Position numbers and translations under genes: made by a program. Below are positions 17,574-26,923 of a stretch of 64,000 nt of DNA, piece after piece. Below the pieces are notes generated by a model. The model searched no databases and was not told where the DNA came from. It saw only the letters and a program-made list of their open reading frames with translations. The DNA comes from Bacteroidota bacterium (GTDB lineage: Bacteria > Bacteroidota > Bacteroidia > UBA7662 > JAYUJN01): positions 6,171 to 70,170 of the forward strand of contig JAYUJN010000001.1 in assembly GCA_043765195.1 (NCBI GenBank), read 5' to 3'. The first letter of the stretch is position 1. Every line of letters starts with the position of its first letter.

Positions 17574-18164
17574 TTATTTTTTTGTGCCAAAGTCCACAGT
17601 AGGCGGTGTGTCGCTGCCTGCTTTTGACTCGAAGTAGCCTTTGGTTTTAAACCCAAACATTTTTGCGGATATTACGCCAGGGAAGCTGCGGCAATCGCCG
17701 TTGTAGCCTTGTACTGCCTCATTAAAGTCGCCACGAGCCACGGTAATGCGGTTTTCTGTGCCCTCGAGCTGGTCTTGTAGGGCTTTAAATCCTTCGTTGG
17801 CTTTTAGGGTTGGGTAATTTTCCGATACCATCATCAAGCGGCTAAGTGCGCCGCTAAGTTGGCTTTGGGCGGCTTCAAACTTTTTTATGTTTTCTTCGCT
17901 CAAATCGTTGGCATCTAATTTTATTTGGGTAGCCGATGCCCTTGCCTGAATTACAGCCTCTAACGTGCCTTTTTCAAAATCTGCTGCGCCTTTTACCGTG
18001 TTTACCAAGTTGGGTATGAGGTCGGCACGCCTTTGGTATTGGTTTTCTACTTGCGCCCATTTGCCTTTGGTGTTTTCGTCGCCGCTTACCAAATTGTTGT
18101 AGCCGCAGCTACTTAGTGAGGCGGTAGCTACCAAAAGGAGCATAAAATTAAGTGTTTTTTTCAT
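17574..18164 (-). CDS. lemA: LemA-family protein
   Basis: Lipoprotein-like N-terminus (LSSCGYNNLV) and the LemA signature KWAQVENQYQRRADLIPNLVNTVKG. Confidence 0.85.
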   Translation of the reverse strand: MKKTLNFMLLLVATASLSSCGYNNLVSGDENTKGKWAQVENQYQRRADLIPNLVNTVKGAADFEKGTLEAVIQARASATQIKLDANDLSEENIKKFEAAQSQLSGALSRLMMVSENYPTLKANEGFKALQDQLEGTENRITVARGDFNEAVQGYNGDCRSFPGVISAKMFGFKTKGYFESKAGSDTPPTVDFGTKK

Positions 18165-18201
18165 GGTTTGAGTGTTTTTTGGTTTGAAAATGAATTAATA
18201 A

Positions 18202-18209
18202 CAAAGGTA
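18202..18209 (-). promoter_or_regulatory. -7 promoter box for the lemA-TPM-TPM cluster
   Basis: The reverse strand reads TACCTTTG. The lemA ATG lies 38 nt downstream. Confidence 0.45.
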
Positions 18210-18323
18210 TTTTTATTTTGTGAGAAACCAAGTATTTGTGCATTTTTTTATAAAACAAAAATTTTGCTGTAAAAATTCGGTGGTAGTTTAGTAACTTCGC
18301 ATTTCATTTAAAAAAATAGAGCT

Positions 18324-18776
18324 ATGCCAAGTTGGTTTTTATGCAAAATAAAATACAAAAAAGAAGATAACAAGGGGCGCATTAAAACGGTAAGCGAACA
18401 ATATTTGGTAGATGCCGTATCGTTTACCGAAGCCGAAAAACGCCTGCACATTGAGCTTGGTAGTTTGCTGGGCGAGTTTCACTTATCCAACATTACACGT
18501 AGCAATGTGGCTGATGTGTATTTGTATGAGGACTCGGATATTTGGTATCGCTGCAAAATATGCTATATAAGCATAGACGAGGCGCAGGAACGGGAGAAAA
18601 ATATAACGACCAATATGCTGCTGACGGCAAACGACATAAAAACGGCGTATGAGCGTGTGCAGCACCAGCTACGCACCATGGTGGTGAACTACGAAGTGCC
18701 AGAAATATCGCAGGTGGCTATTTTGGAGGTTTTTGCCAACTATGAAATGCCCAAGCTGCCCGCAAAACTGGTGTGA
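18324..18776 (+). CDS. DUF4494-like protein
   Basis: N-terminus MPSWFLCKIKYKKEDNKGRIKTVSEQYLVDAVSFTEAEKRL matches my recollection of the Bacteroidota DUF4494 family. Its TGA overlaps the kdsB ATG (TGATG). Confidence 0.55.
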   Translation: MPSWFLCKIKYKKEDNKGRIKTVSEQYLVDAVSFTEAEKRLHIELGSLLGEFHLSNITRSNVADVYLYEDSDIWYRCKICYISIDEAQEREKNITTNMLLTANDIKTAYERVQHQLRTMVVNYEVPEISQVAILEVFANYEMPKLPAKLV

Positions 18777-19537
18777 TGGTAGTAGGCATTGTACCCGCAC
18801 GCTATGGTTCTACCCGATTTTTGGGTAAGCCGCTGGTAAAAATAGGCAATAAAACCATGATAGAACGGGTGTATGCGCAGGCGAGCCTGGCGCAAAGTTT
18901 ATCGTGGGTGGCGGTAGCCACCGACGATAAACGCATATTCGATGCCGTGGTGGCTTTTGGCGGTAGGGCAATAATGACCAAAATAACCCACGAAAATGGC
19001 ACGAGCCGCTGCGCCGAAGCCGTGGCATTGCTTGGGCTTGCGCCCCAAGTGGTGATAAATATACAGGGCGACGAGCCTTTTATTGAGCCAGAACAAATAG
19101 ATGCGCTGGCAGGCGTTTTTTTGCAAAACCAATCGGTGCAAATAGCCACGCTCATCAAAAAAATAACCGAGCCAGCCGAGCTACTCAGCCCCAATTGCGT
19201 GAAAGCTGTGGTGGACAACCACGGCAAAGCCCTTTATTTTAGCCGAGCCGCCCTGCCGCACCACCGAGACGTGCCAAACCCAGCCCACTGGCTAAACCAT
19301 CAAACGCACTACAAACACATCGGGTTGTACGGATATGAAACCGAAATACTGCAACAAATAGCCGCCCTGCCGCCCACCGATTTGGAGCAAACGGAAGCCT
19401 TGGAGCAACTCCGCTGGCTGCAACACGGCTACACCATACACACGGCTACCACGCAGCACCAGAGCATTGCCATAGATACGCCAGCCGACCTCGAGCGCAT
19501 ATTACAAACCATGCCCGAGTTGCTTACCAAAAACTGA
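18776..19537 (+). CDS. kdsB: 3-deoxy-manno-octulosonate cytidylyltransferase
   Basis: Motifs IVPARYGSTRFLGKPL and NIQGDEPF. Start taken at ATG 18776, one codon inside the GTG listed by the track. Confidence 0.9.
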   Translation: MVVGIVPARYGSTRFLGKPLVKIGNKTMIERVYAQASLAQSLSWVAVATDDKRIFDAVVAFGGRAIMTKITHENGTSRCAEAVALLGLAPQVVINIQGDEPFIEPEQIDALAGVFLQNQSVQIATLIKKITEPAELLSPNCVKAVVDNHGKALYFSRAALPHHRDVPNPAHWLNHQTHYKHIGLYGYETEILQQIAALPPTDLEQTEALEQLRWLQHGYTIHTATTQHQSIAIDTPADLERILQTMPELLTKN

Positions 19538-19538
19538 C

Positions 19539-20447
19539 ATGAACACGCAGCTTAGGCACGTTATCGTTACCCGTTTTAATTTGAAATCGCAGGTGTGGCG
19601 CACCACCAAAAACAACGAACTGCTACAAACCCAAGCGTGGCTGCGGCATAGGTTCGAGCTTTTTGAGCTATATTGCCTGCCATCGGTACAAAACCAAACC
19701 AATCAAAACTTTGAGTGGTTTGTCTATTTTGATACCGAAACGCCGCCCGAGTTTTTGACCAAAATAAACCATTATGCCAAGAGCTACGGTAATTTTAAAC
19801 CCGTTTTTTTGGAAGACATAGAGCTGCTAAAACCGCACATAAAAGCCCACCTCCAACAAAATACCCAAACGCCCTACCTGCTCACCACAAGGCTGGACAA
19901 CGACGATAGCCTGCACCAAACCTTTGTGCAAACCATAAATGATTGCGCCCAAAACCATATAAGCCATGCAAATAATGCGCTCGAAACGCCGCTTTTAATA
20001 GACGTTACCCACGGTTTTATGCTGAATACCCAACCTAAAATGCTGCTCGGCAACTGCAAAATGCCCTTTAACCCGTTTATGAGCCTGCTCGAAGCCGTAG
20101 AACCCAACAACGAACCAATTACGATATACCACCAAAACCAAGAACACTGGATAGCGCACCCAAACTGCCTAAAAATAGCCAATAAACGGCTTTGGTTGCA
20201 GGTAATTCACGAAAAAAACAAGTTAAATAAATTTTCGCCCAGTAGCCTAAACCCAAACCTAAGCCAGCTCACAAACTTTGGCATTGCGCCCCAAAACATT
20301 GCAGAGCCTCAAAAATGGCTGGGTTTTGTGCAAGAAAATACCATAGTGCGCCAAAAAACATTGGTGCTAAACCTAAAAATTTGGGGCAAAAAAATGTATT
20401 GTAAAACAACTTGGCTGTTACGTTGTTTAAAAAAGCAAAATACTTAG
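19539..20447 (+). CDS. putative glycosyltransferase (rhamnosyltransferase-like family)
   Basis: N-terminal HVIVTRFNLK and the RLDNDD motif resemble the 'putative rhamnosyl transferase' family. It starts 1 nt after the kdsB stop. Confidence 0.5.
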   Translation: MNTQLRHVIVTRFNLKSQVWRTTKNNELLQTQAWLRHRFELFELYCLPSVQNQTNQNFEWFVYFDTETPPEFLTKINHYAKSYGNFKPVFLEDIELLKPHIKAHLQQNTQTPYLLTTRLDNDDSLHQTFVQTINDCAQNHISHANNALETPLLIDVTHGFMLNTQPKMLLGNCKMPFNPFMSLLEAVEPNNEPITIYHQNQEHWIAHPNCLKIANKRLWLQVIHEKNKLNKFSPSSLNPNLSQLTNFGIAPQNIAEPQKWLGFVQENTIVRQKTLVLNLKIWGKKMYCKTTWLLRCLKKQNT

Positions 20448-20451
20448 AACC

Positions 20452-21156
20452 ATGCAAAATATTTTAGTAGTAGGCGGCACAAAGGGCATCGGGCTGGCAC
20501 TCGTGCAAAACCTCGTAGCGGCGGGGCATCATGTGATTTCGGCGGCTCGCACCCACAGCACCACGCTCGCCGATTTGGGCGTGCAGCAAATTTTGTTCGA
20601 CGCTACCAAGCCCATCGCCGACCAAACGCTCGAGCTACCCGACGTGCTACACGGGCTGGCGTATTGCCCAGGCAGTATAAACTTGAAGCCGTTGCAGCGG
20701 CTTACCCAAGAAGATTTTTTGCAAGATTACCAAATAAACGTGCTCGGCGCAGTACAAATAGTGCAGCATTGCCTAAAAAGCCTGCGCAAAGCCGAAAGTG
20801 GAGCTAACATCTTGTTTTTCAGTACCGTAGCCGTAGGCACGGGCATGGCTTTTCATGCTTCCATCGCCGCCGCAAAAGGTGCATTAGAAGGGCTTACACG
20901 CTCGCTGGCTGCGGAGCTTTCGCCCAATAAAATTTGTGTAAATGCCATAGCGCCCTCGCTCACCAACACCTCGCTGGCGGGCGCACTGCTGGCTTCGCCC
21001 GAAAAAACGGAGGCAGCCGACAAGCGCCACCCGCTGGGTAGGGTGGGGCAGCCAAACGACGTGGCGAATATGGCGGCTTTTTTGCTCTCGCAAAAAAATA
21101 GCTGGATTACGGGTCAGATAATAGGCATAGACGGCGGTATGGGCAGCATAAAATAA
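20452..21156 (+). CDS. SDR-family oxidoreductase (atypical: no tyrosine in the active-site segment)
   Basis: Rossmann motif VVGGTKGIGLAL and the classical SDR layout. The segment where YxxxK is expected reads FFSTVAVGTGMAFHASIAAAKGAL and contains no Tyr. Confidence 0.7.
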   Translation: MQNILVVGGTKGIGLALVQNLVAAGHHVISAARTHSTTLADLGVQQILFDATKPIADQTLELPDVLHGLAYCPGSINLKPLQRLTQEDFLQDYQINVLGAVQIVQHCLKSLRKAESGANILFFSTVAVGTGMAFHASIAAAKGALEGLTRSLAAELSPNKICVNAIAPSLTNTSLAGALLASPEKTEAADKRHPLGRVGQPNDVANMAAFLLSQKNSWITGQIIGIDGGMGSIK

Positions 21157-21236
21157 ATGCTTGAACCGTAGGTTTTACGTAAAAAATAGCATAGCAATGT
21201 TGTGAGAATAAAAACCATAAAATCGGCTTTTTTTGC

Positions 21237-21244
21237 TAATTTTG
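21237..21244 (+). promoter_or_regulatory. -7 promoter box for the FkbM-type methyltransferase gene
   Basis: TAATTTTG. ATG 21268 lies 24 nt downstream, which argues against the upstream GTG 21202 start in the track. Confidence 0.45.
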
Positions 21245-21267
21245 TGCCTCATTTCAAACAAAAAAAT

Positions 21268-22044
21268 ATGCAGTTCGCCACAGTTCCCTACTACAAACGT
21301 AGGCTGCGCAGTATCATTTTTACGCTATTCAACCGTTTAGAGTACAACAACAATGCGCATTTTGAGCAAAATGGCGAGTCTCTTTTTGTAAAAAACCTGC
21401 TGAAAAAGCACGAAAATAGTACCATAAATGTATTTGATATAGGTGCAAACAAAGGCGATTATACCCAAATGTTGCTGGATATGCAGCCAAATTATGGTGT
21501 AAACTGCCAAATATCGGCGTTTGAACCGCAAAAAACGGCTTTTCCGTGGCTGCAAAAAAGGTTTGGGCAGCACGCAAACGTGCGGCTATTTAACTACGGC
21601 ATTTCGGACGAAAATACCCAAGCCCAAATTTATTTTGATGCGCCAGGCAGTACGCTTGCTTCGCTTTTTCATAGGGATTTTAGTCATTTCGAAAAGCACA
21701 ATTTGGCGCAAACAAACGCCGAAACCATAGAACTAAAAACGCTTGAATGGCATATAAAAACCGAAAATACGCCCAAAATTCACTTTTTGAAAATAGACAT
21801 AGAGGGCAACGAACTAACGGCATTTAAGGGTTTGGGGGCGTACCTAAACCCGAGTTTTATAGAAATAATACAGTTTGAATACGGCGGTGCGAACCTCGAT
21901 GCGGGCGTTTTTTTGAAGGAATTGTTTGAGCTTTTGGAAAAAAACGGCTATGCCATTTACAAAATCACGCCCAAAGGGCTGGAAAAAAAGAAGTATTCGC
22001 CGATGCTCGAAAACTTTCAATACGCCAATTATGTGGCTATGTAA
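21268..22044 (+). CDS. FkbM-family methyltransferase
   Basis: Motifs FDIGANKGDYT and KIDIEGNEL. Start moved to ATG 21268 (MQFATVPYYK) because the -7 box lies inside the longer ORF. Confidence 0.75.
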   Translation: MQFATVPYYKRRLRSIIFTLFNRLEYNNNAHFEQNGESLFVKNLLKKHENSTINVFDIGANKGDYTQMLLDMQPNYGVNCQISAFEPQKTAFPWLQKRFGQHANVRLFNYGISDENTQAQIYFDAPGSTLASLFHRDFSHFEKHNLAQTNAETIELKTLEWHIKTENTPKIHFLKIDIEGNELTAFKGLGAYLNPSFIEIIQFEYGGANLDAGVFLKELFELLEKNGYAIYKITPKGLEKKKYSPMLENFQYANYVAM

Positions 22045-22047
22045 CGG

Positions 22048-22839
22048 TTAGAGTGCCACGCTGCCCTGATACACAAAAGTGGCATCGCCCTCCAAAAAAA
22101 TGTTTTGAAACCTGCCGAGCCTCGGCTGCTCCAAAGAAACGGATAGCTCGCCGCCTTTTACCAAAAAATGGTGGTGGCTGCTGCCCAGCGTTTGTGCCTT
22201 AAACGCCAAAACGACCGCCGCCGCCGTTGCGCCCGTGCCGCAGGCGTAGGTTTCGTCTTCCACGCCACGCTCGTAGGTGCGCAGGTGGTTTTGGTTTTGC
22301 GCCTGCTCCAAAAAATTAACATTGGTGCCGCCCAGCGGTGCGTGCTGTGCGTTGTAGCGTATGGCTTTGGCTTGGGGCAATATGTCTATTTGGGCGAGGT
22401 TTTGGGTAAAAATGATGTGGTGCGGCGAGCCAGTATGCACAAAAAAATTGTGTTCATCTATTTTTGTTACCTCCGTTACATCTGCCATCGCCAACCGAAT
22501 TTTTTTGGGTGAAATGTGGGCGGTGTGCGTGCCGTCGGCTGCCATAAAAGCGGTATTTTCGTTGCTGGTTAGCCCCAAAAAGTGGGCAAAACGCACGGCG
22601 CACCGCCCGCCATTGCCGCAAAAGCTACCCAAGTTGCCGTCGGCGTTGTAGTATTTCATAGAAAAATCGAGGCTTGCGTGCGGCTCTAACACAATGATGC
22701 CATCTGCACCTATGCCAAAGCGGCGGTGGCACAGTTTTTCGTAGATTGCTGCGCTATGTGGCGGCAGCTCATTTTTTGGGTTGTGGAACAAAATAAAATC
22801 GTTGCCACAACCCTCGTATTTATAAAACGGAAATAGCAT
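22048..22839 (-). CDS. dapF: diaminopimelate epimerase
   Basis: Motif GCGNDFI and two catalytic-Cys motifs, SFCGNGGRC and YACGTGATA. Confidence 0.9.
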   Translation of the reverse strand: MLFPFYKYEGCGNDFILFHNPKNELPPHSAAIYEKLCHRRFGIGADGIIVLEPHASLDFSMKYYNADGNLGSFCGNGGRCAVRFAHFLGLTSNENTAFMAADGTHTAHISPKKIRLAMADVTEVTKIDEHNFFVHTGSPHHIIFTQNLAQIDILPQAKAIRYNAQHAPLGGTNVNFLEQAQNQNHLRTYERGVEDETYACGTGATAAAVVLAFKAQTLGSSHHHFLVKGGELSVSLEQPRLGRFQNIFLEGDATFVYQGSVAL

Positions 22840-23868
22840 TTATTTGGGTTGGGGTAAGCGAGGTCGGTGTGTTTGTCCATTTTTTCGATTGCCCGAAAAA
22901 GTATAGTCTTCGTAGCTTAGTTTGCGCTGCTCGGGTGTGAGCGCCCAAAAATCTTTGCATTGGGCGGAGCAGCAGTTTTCGTATTTTTGGGCGCAGTTTG
23001 CGCATTGCACAAAAAGTATATGGCAATAATCGTTGGCGCAGTTGCGGTGTTGGTCGGCGGGCTGGGCGCACTGGTGGCATTTGGCTACTATTTCGGCGGT
23101 TATTTTTTCGCCCAGTCGCTCATCGAACACAAAGTTTTTCCCCCTAAATTTGTTTTCCAAACCTTGCTCGCCCACCTGTTGGGTGTAGTTTATAATGCCG
23201 CCGTAGAGTTGGTTTACGTCCTTAAATCCGTGGTGTTTTAGGTATGCGCTGGCTTTTTCGCAGCGTATGCCGCCTGTGCAGTACAGCAAAATTTTGTGTT
23301 CCTCTTGGTCTTTTAGCAGCTCGAGTGTGAGCGGCAGCTCCTCCCGAAAACTATCGGCGTTGGGTCTGATTGCGTTTTCGAAATGCCCTATTTCGCTCTC
23401 ATAAAAGTTGCGCATATCCACCACCACAGCGTTTTTTTGCGCCATTGCTTGGTTAAACTCCGCCGCATCGAGGTGCGTGCCTACATTGGTTACATCGAAA
23501 CTGTGGTCGGGCAGCCCGTCGGCTACCAGTTTGTTTTTTAGTTTTATATCCAACACAAAAAAAGATTTGCCATCTTCGCCTATCGCTTTTTTTATGGGTA
23601 TGTTTTTTAGGTAAGCAAAGTCGTTTATCAGTTCCAAAAAAGCGGCGTACTCGTGTTCTGGCACGCTCATTTGGGCATTTATGCCTTCATTTGCAATGTA
23701 AATCCTACCAAAACAGTTCAGGCTATGCAGCTTTTGGTACAGCTCATCTCTAAAAACTTGGGGTTCGTTTATGTAAATGTACCTATAAAACGAAAGCGTG
23801 ATGCGCTTAAAAGTTTCGTTTTGTACCAATATTTTTAGTTCTTTTCTATTGATTTTATTAAAAAGCAT
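22840..23868 (-). CDS. trhO: rhodanese-domain tRNA uridine(34) hydroxylase (UPF0176/TrhO family)
   Basis: Rhodanese active-site loop LLYCTGGIRCEKASAYL and a Cys-rich C-terminal extension. Its stop abuts the dapF start with no spacer. Confidence 0.8.
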   Translation of the reverse strand: MLFNKINRKELKILVQNETFKRITLSFYRYIYINEPQVFRDELYQKLHSLNCFGRIYIANEGINAQMSVPEHEYAAFLELINDFAYLKNIPIKKAIGEDGKSFFVLDIKLKNKLVADGLPDHSFDVTNVGTHLDAAEFNQAMAQKNAVVVDMRNFYESEIGHFENAIRPNADSFREELPLTLELLKDQEEHKILLYCTGGIRCEKASAYLKHHGFKDVNQLYGGIINYTQQVGEQGLENKFRGKNFVFDERLGEKITAEIVAKCHQCAQPADQHRNCANDYCHILFVQCANCAQKYENCCSAQCKDFWALTPEQRKLSYEDYTFSGNRKNGQTHRPRLPQPK

Positions 23869-23883
23869 CGTAAAAATTGGGAG

Positions 23884-24408
23884 TTAGTCGTGTTTTAGCC
23901 AAACCTCGTTGGCGGTTAGGTCGGCGACGATGCGCTGGTTTTCGAGCGTATCTACGTGTATGCCGCAGTAGTCGGGTTCGATGGGGAACTGGCGGGAGTA
24001 GCGGCGGTTTACCAGCACCATTAGCTCTACTTTTTGGGGTCTGCCAAAGTCCAGCAGCGCATCAAACCCAGCCCTAATGGTGCGCCCCGTAAAAAGTACG
24101 TCGTCTATCAAAAGTACTTTTTTGTCTTCTATTTCAAAATTTATGGTGGTGTCTTCGGGGAGCATTATTTTGTTGTTTCGCCGAAAATCGTCTCGGTGAA
24201 AAGTAGTATCCAACTGCCCGTAGGTTATTTTTTTGCCCAATATTTTTTCTAAATTTTCTACGATTGGTAGGCTAAAAAAAATGCCTCTTGGCTGCAAGCC
24301 TATCACCACCGATTGCTCAAAATTGGCGTGTGTTTCGATGGCTTGGTGGCATAGCCGTTGGGTAATAATGGCTATTTGCTGGCTATTTAGTATCAGGCGG
24401 CTTTGCAT
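23884..24408 (-). CDS. pyrR: bifunctional pyr operon regulator / uracil phosphoribosyltransferase PyrR
   Basis: PRPP-binding motif VLLIDDVLFTGRT. Size and N-terminus are typical of PyrR. Confidence 0.85.
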   Translation of the reverse strand: MQSRLILNSQQIAIITQRLCHQAIETHANFEQSVVIGLQPRGIFFSLPIVENLEKILGKKITYGQLDTTFHRDDFRRNNKIMLPEDTTINFEIEDKKVLLIDDVLFTGRTIRAGFDALLDFGRPQKVELMVLVNRRYSRQFPIEPDYCGIHVDTLENQRIVADLTANEVWLKHD

Positions 24409-24429
24409 GGCGTGGGTTTTTAAGCGTGG

Positions 24430-26838
24430 TTATCGTATGGTTGCGCCCAGTTCGGTGGTAAATGCGTGCATTAATTTGTTCATGGTGCTTTCTATTTGGG
24501 CATCGGTGAGGGTTTTTTCGGTGTCTTGTAGTATAAAACTTAGGGCGTATTGTTTTTTGTCCGAGCCTATTTTTTCGCCTTCATACACATCAAAAACCTG
24601 TACATTTTTTATGAGTTTGCGCTCGGTTTTTTGGGCTATGGCTGCCAGTTGGGTGTATTCCACGCTTTTGTTTATGACCAATGCCAAATCACGGCGCACA
24701 CTTGGGTATTTGGGTAGCTCGGTGTAGCGCAGTTTCTTTTGGTCGAAGGCTTCCCACAGCTTTTGGTAGTATATTTGGGCGTAATAAACGTCTTGTTTTA
24801 TACCAAAGTTTTTTAGCACGTTTGGTGCTACTTTTCCTATTTCGGCTATGGTTTGGTTGCCTCTTTTGTAGCACAGCCCGATGCTAAATTGTTGATTTGT
24901 GCTGGTTTCTGTGCTTAGTTTTGTGAGGTTTACGGTACCAAATATTTTTTGGAGGAGGGCGTTTAGTTGGTAAAAATCCGTTTTTCGGGTGGCGTTGTAC
25001 CAGCTATCTGGCTCGGCTTGTCCACATATCCACATTGCCATTGTGTATAACTCGGTGGTGGTGTCGTTTGCGTTGTGGTATGTATTGCCAAACTCGAATA
25101 TTTTTAGGTCTTTTTGTTGGCGGTTTGCATTGTGGGCTATGGTTTGCAGCCCGCCCCAAAGTAAGGTGGGGCGGAGTATGTTTAGGTCTTCGCTTAGTGG
25201 ATTTTCGAGGGTGATTTCGGTGTTTTTCAGGTCAGAATCCAGGTGTAAATAGGCACTTGCCGTGAGCGAGTTGCACATTATTTCTTGGTAGCCTTGGGCA
25301 GCCAGTGTATCCGAGAGTTGGTTTTGTAGTTGCGTTTTGGTGGTGCGCAGCGGGTAGGCGGCTTGGTAGCTTATTTGGGTGGTTGTATGCACATTGTTGT
25401 AGCCATAAATGCGCAAAAGTTCTTCGGCTACGTCGGCGGGTGCGGTTACATCGGTGCGGTATGAGGGCGGCGCAAGGCTTACGTTTTCGTTGGTTTGGCT
25501 TAGTATTTCGAAGTCCAGTTTTTTGAGTATGTCCAGTATTGTTTGTGTGGGTATGGTGATGCCCAGGAGTTTTTGTAGGTAGGCGTAGTGCAGGGTGATG
25601 GTGGGCGGCGGCACGGGGTTTGGGTACACGTCTATGATGCTTGCGGCGGCTGCGCCGCCGCAGAGTTCCAGCACCAGTTGGGTGGCACGCTCTATCGAGG
25701 GTAGCGTGGCATTTATGTCTGCGCCCCGCTCAAACCGAAACGACGCATCGGTTTTTAGGTTGTGGCGTTTGGCGGTTTGGCGTATGGCGGTGGGCAAAAA
25801 GTAGGCACTTTCTATAAAAATACTCGTAGTTTCGGCGTTTATGCTGTGCGCCAAACCGCCCATGATGCCGCCCAAAGCTATGGCACTATCGTCGCCGTTG
25901 GCTATCACAATGTCGCTTGTGCTTAGGGTATAATCCTTTTTGTCGAGCAGCGTTATTTTTTCGTTTTCGTGGGCTGGGCGCACTATTATGCCCTTGGTTA
26001 AAGTACTGGCATCAAATGCGTGTATGGGTTTTCCGCTCTCGTGCATCACAAAATTAGTAATGTCCACCACATTGTTTATGGGTGTGAGCCCAATGGCAGT
26101 GAGGTGTTTTTTGAGCCAATCGGGCGAAGGTGCTATCTGTACATTTTGTATCAAAATGCCCGAAAACCTCGGGCAAAGCAGCGTGTTTTGTATGTCTATT
26201 GGCAAAGATTTTGTGGGTGCGGCGGTAGGTATGCTGGGCGGTTTGGGTAGGCAAATTTCCAGGTTTAGCACGGCGGCTACGTCTCGGGCTACGCCTATGT
26301 GCGAGGCGGCATCTATGCGGTTTGGGGTAAGCCCTATTTCGAACACGGGGTCGCTTTCTAGCCCAAAATACTGTGCGGCGGGCGTGCCTACCACAGCCTC
26401 GCTGGGTAGCACCAATATGCCAGCGTGCGATGCGCCCAAGCCTATTTCGTCTTCGGCGCAAATCATGCCCTCGGAGGTTTCGCCCCTGATTTTGGCTTTT
26501 TTTATCGCAAACGGTTCGCCCGTGCTGGGGTACACCGTGCTGCCCACGGGGGCTACCACCACCTTTTGCCCCGCCGCCACGTTGGGTGCGCCGCACACAA
26601 TTTGCAGCGCATCGCCCGTGCCTATATTTACCGTAGTAATGCTCAGGCTATCGGCGTTTGGGTGTTTGGCGCAGCTCAACACCTCGCCGATGAACAGCCC
26701 CTGCATTCCGCCTTTTATATGCTCCACAGCCTCCAAGCCATCTACTTCCAAGCCCGTTCCTGTGAGTATTAGGCTCATTTTTTCGGGGCTAAGTTCGGTA
26801 TTTATATATGTTTTCAGCCAACTGTACGATATTTTCAT
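24430..26838 (-). CDS. pheT: phenylalanine--tRNA ligase beta subunit
   Basis: MKISYSWLKTYI N-terminus with tRNA-binding, B3/4, B5 and C-terminal FDX-ACB regions. 802 aa. Confidence 0.95.
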   Translation of the reverse strand: MKISYSWLKTYINTELSPEKMSLILTGTGLEVDGLEAVEHIKGGMQGLFIGEVLSCAKHPNADSLSITTVNIGTGDALQIVCGAPNVAAGQKVVVAPVGSTVYPSTGEPFAIKKAKIRGETSEGMICAEDEIGLGASHAGILVLPSEAVVGTPAAQYFGLESDPVFEIGLTPNRIDAASHIGVARDVAAVLNLEICLPKPPSIPTAAPTKSLPIDIQNTLLCPRFSGILIQNVQIAPSPDWLKKHLTAIGLTPINNVVDITNFVMHESGKPIHAFDASTLTKGIIVRPAHENEKITLLDKKDYTLSTSDIVIANGDDSAIALGGIMGGLAHSINAETTSIFIESAYFLPTAIRQTAKRHNLKTDASFRFERGADINATLPSIERATQLVLELCGGAAAASIIDVYPNPVPPPTITLHYAYLQKLLGITIPTQTILDILKKLDFEILSQTNENVSLAPPSYRTDVTAPADVAEELLRIYGYNNVHTTTQISYQAAYPLRTTKTQLQNQLSDTLAAQGYQEIMCNSLTASAYLHLDSDLKNTEITLENPLSEDLNILRPTLLWGGLQTIAHNANRQQKDLKIFEFGNTYHNANDTTTELYTMAMWICGQAEPDSWYNATRKTDFYQLNALLQKIFGTVNLTKLSTETSTNQQFSIGLCYKRGNQTIAEIGKVAPNVLKNFGIKQDVYYAQIYYQKLWEAFDQKKLRYTELPKYPSVRRDLALVINKSVEYTQLAAIAQKTERKLIKNVQVFDVYEGEKIGSDKKQYALSFILQDTEKTLTDAQIESTMNKLMHAFTTELGATIR

Positions 26839-26923
26839 GGTGTTTTTTTAGTGTTTTTTTGGTTTTTGGGTTAATGCGAAATGGAAAGTTGAGTTTTTTG
26901 TAAAATCATTTTCTATGCCGTAC

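Noticed and set aside
25940-26851. 303-aa plus-strand ORF inside pheT
   Set aside because: It is fully antisense to a high-confidence 802-aa pheT and shows no motifs. The same reasoning applies to 13355..13999 (antisense recR/rmlD-like), 35758..36468 (antisense peroxidase), 39228..39938 (antisense polA), 50087..50722 (antisense icmF) and 59020..59685 (antisense SulP).
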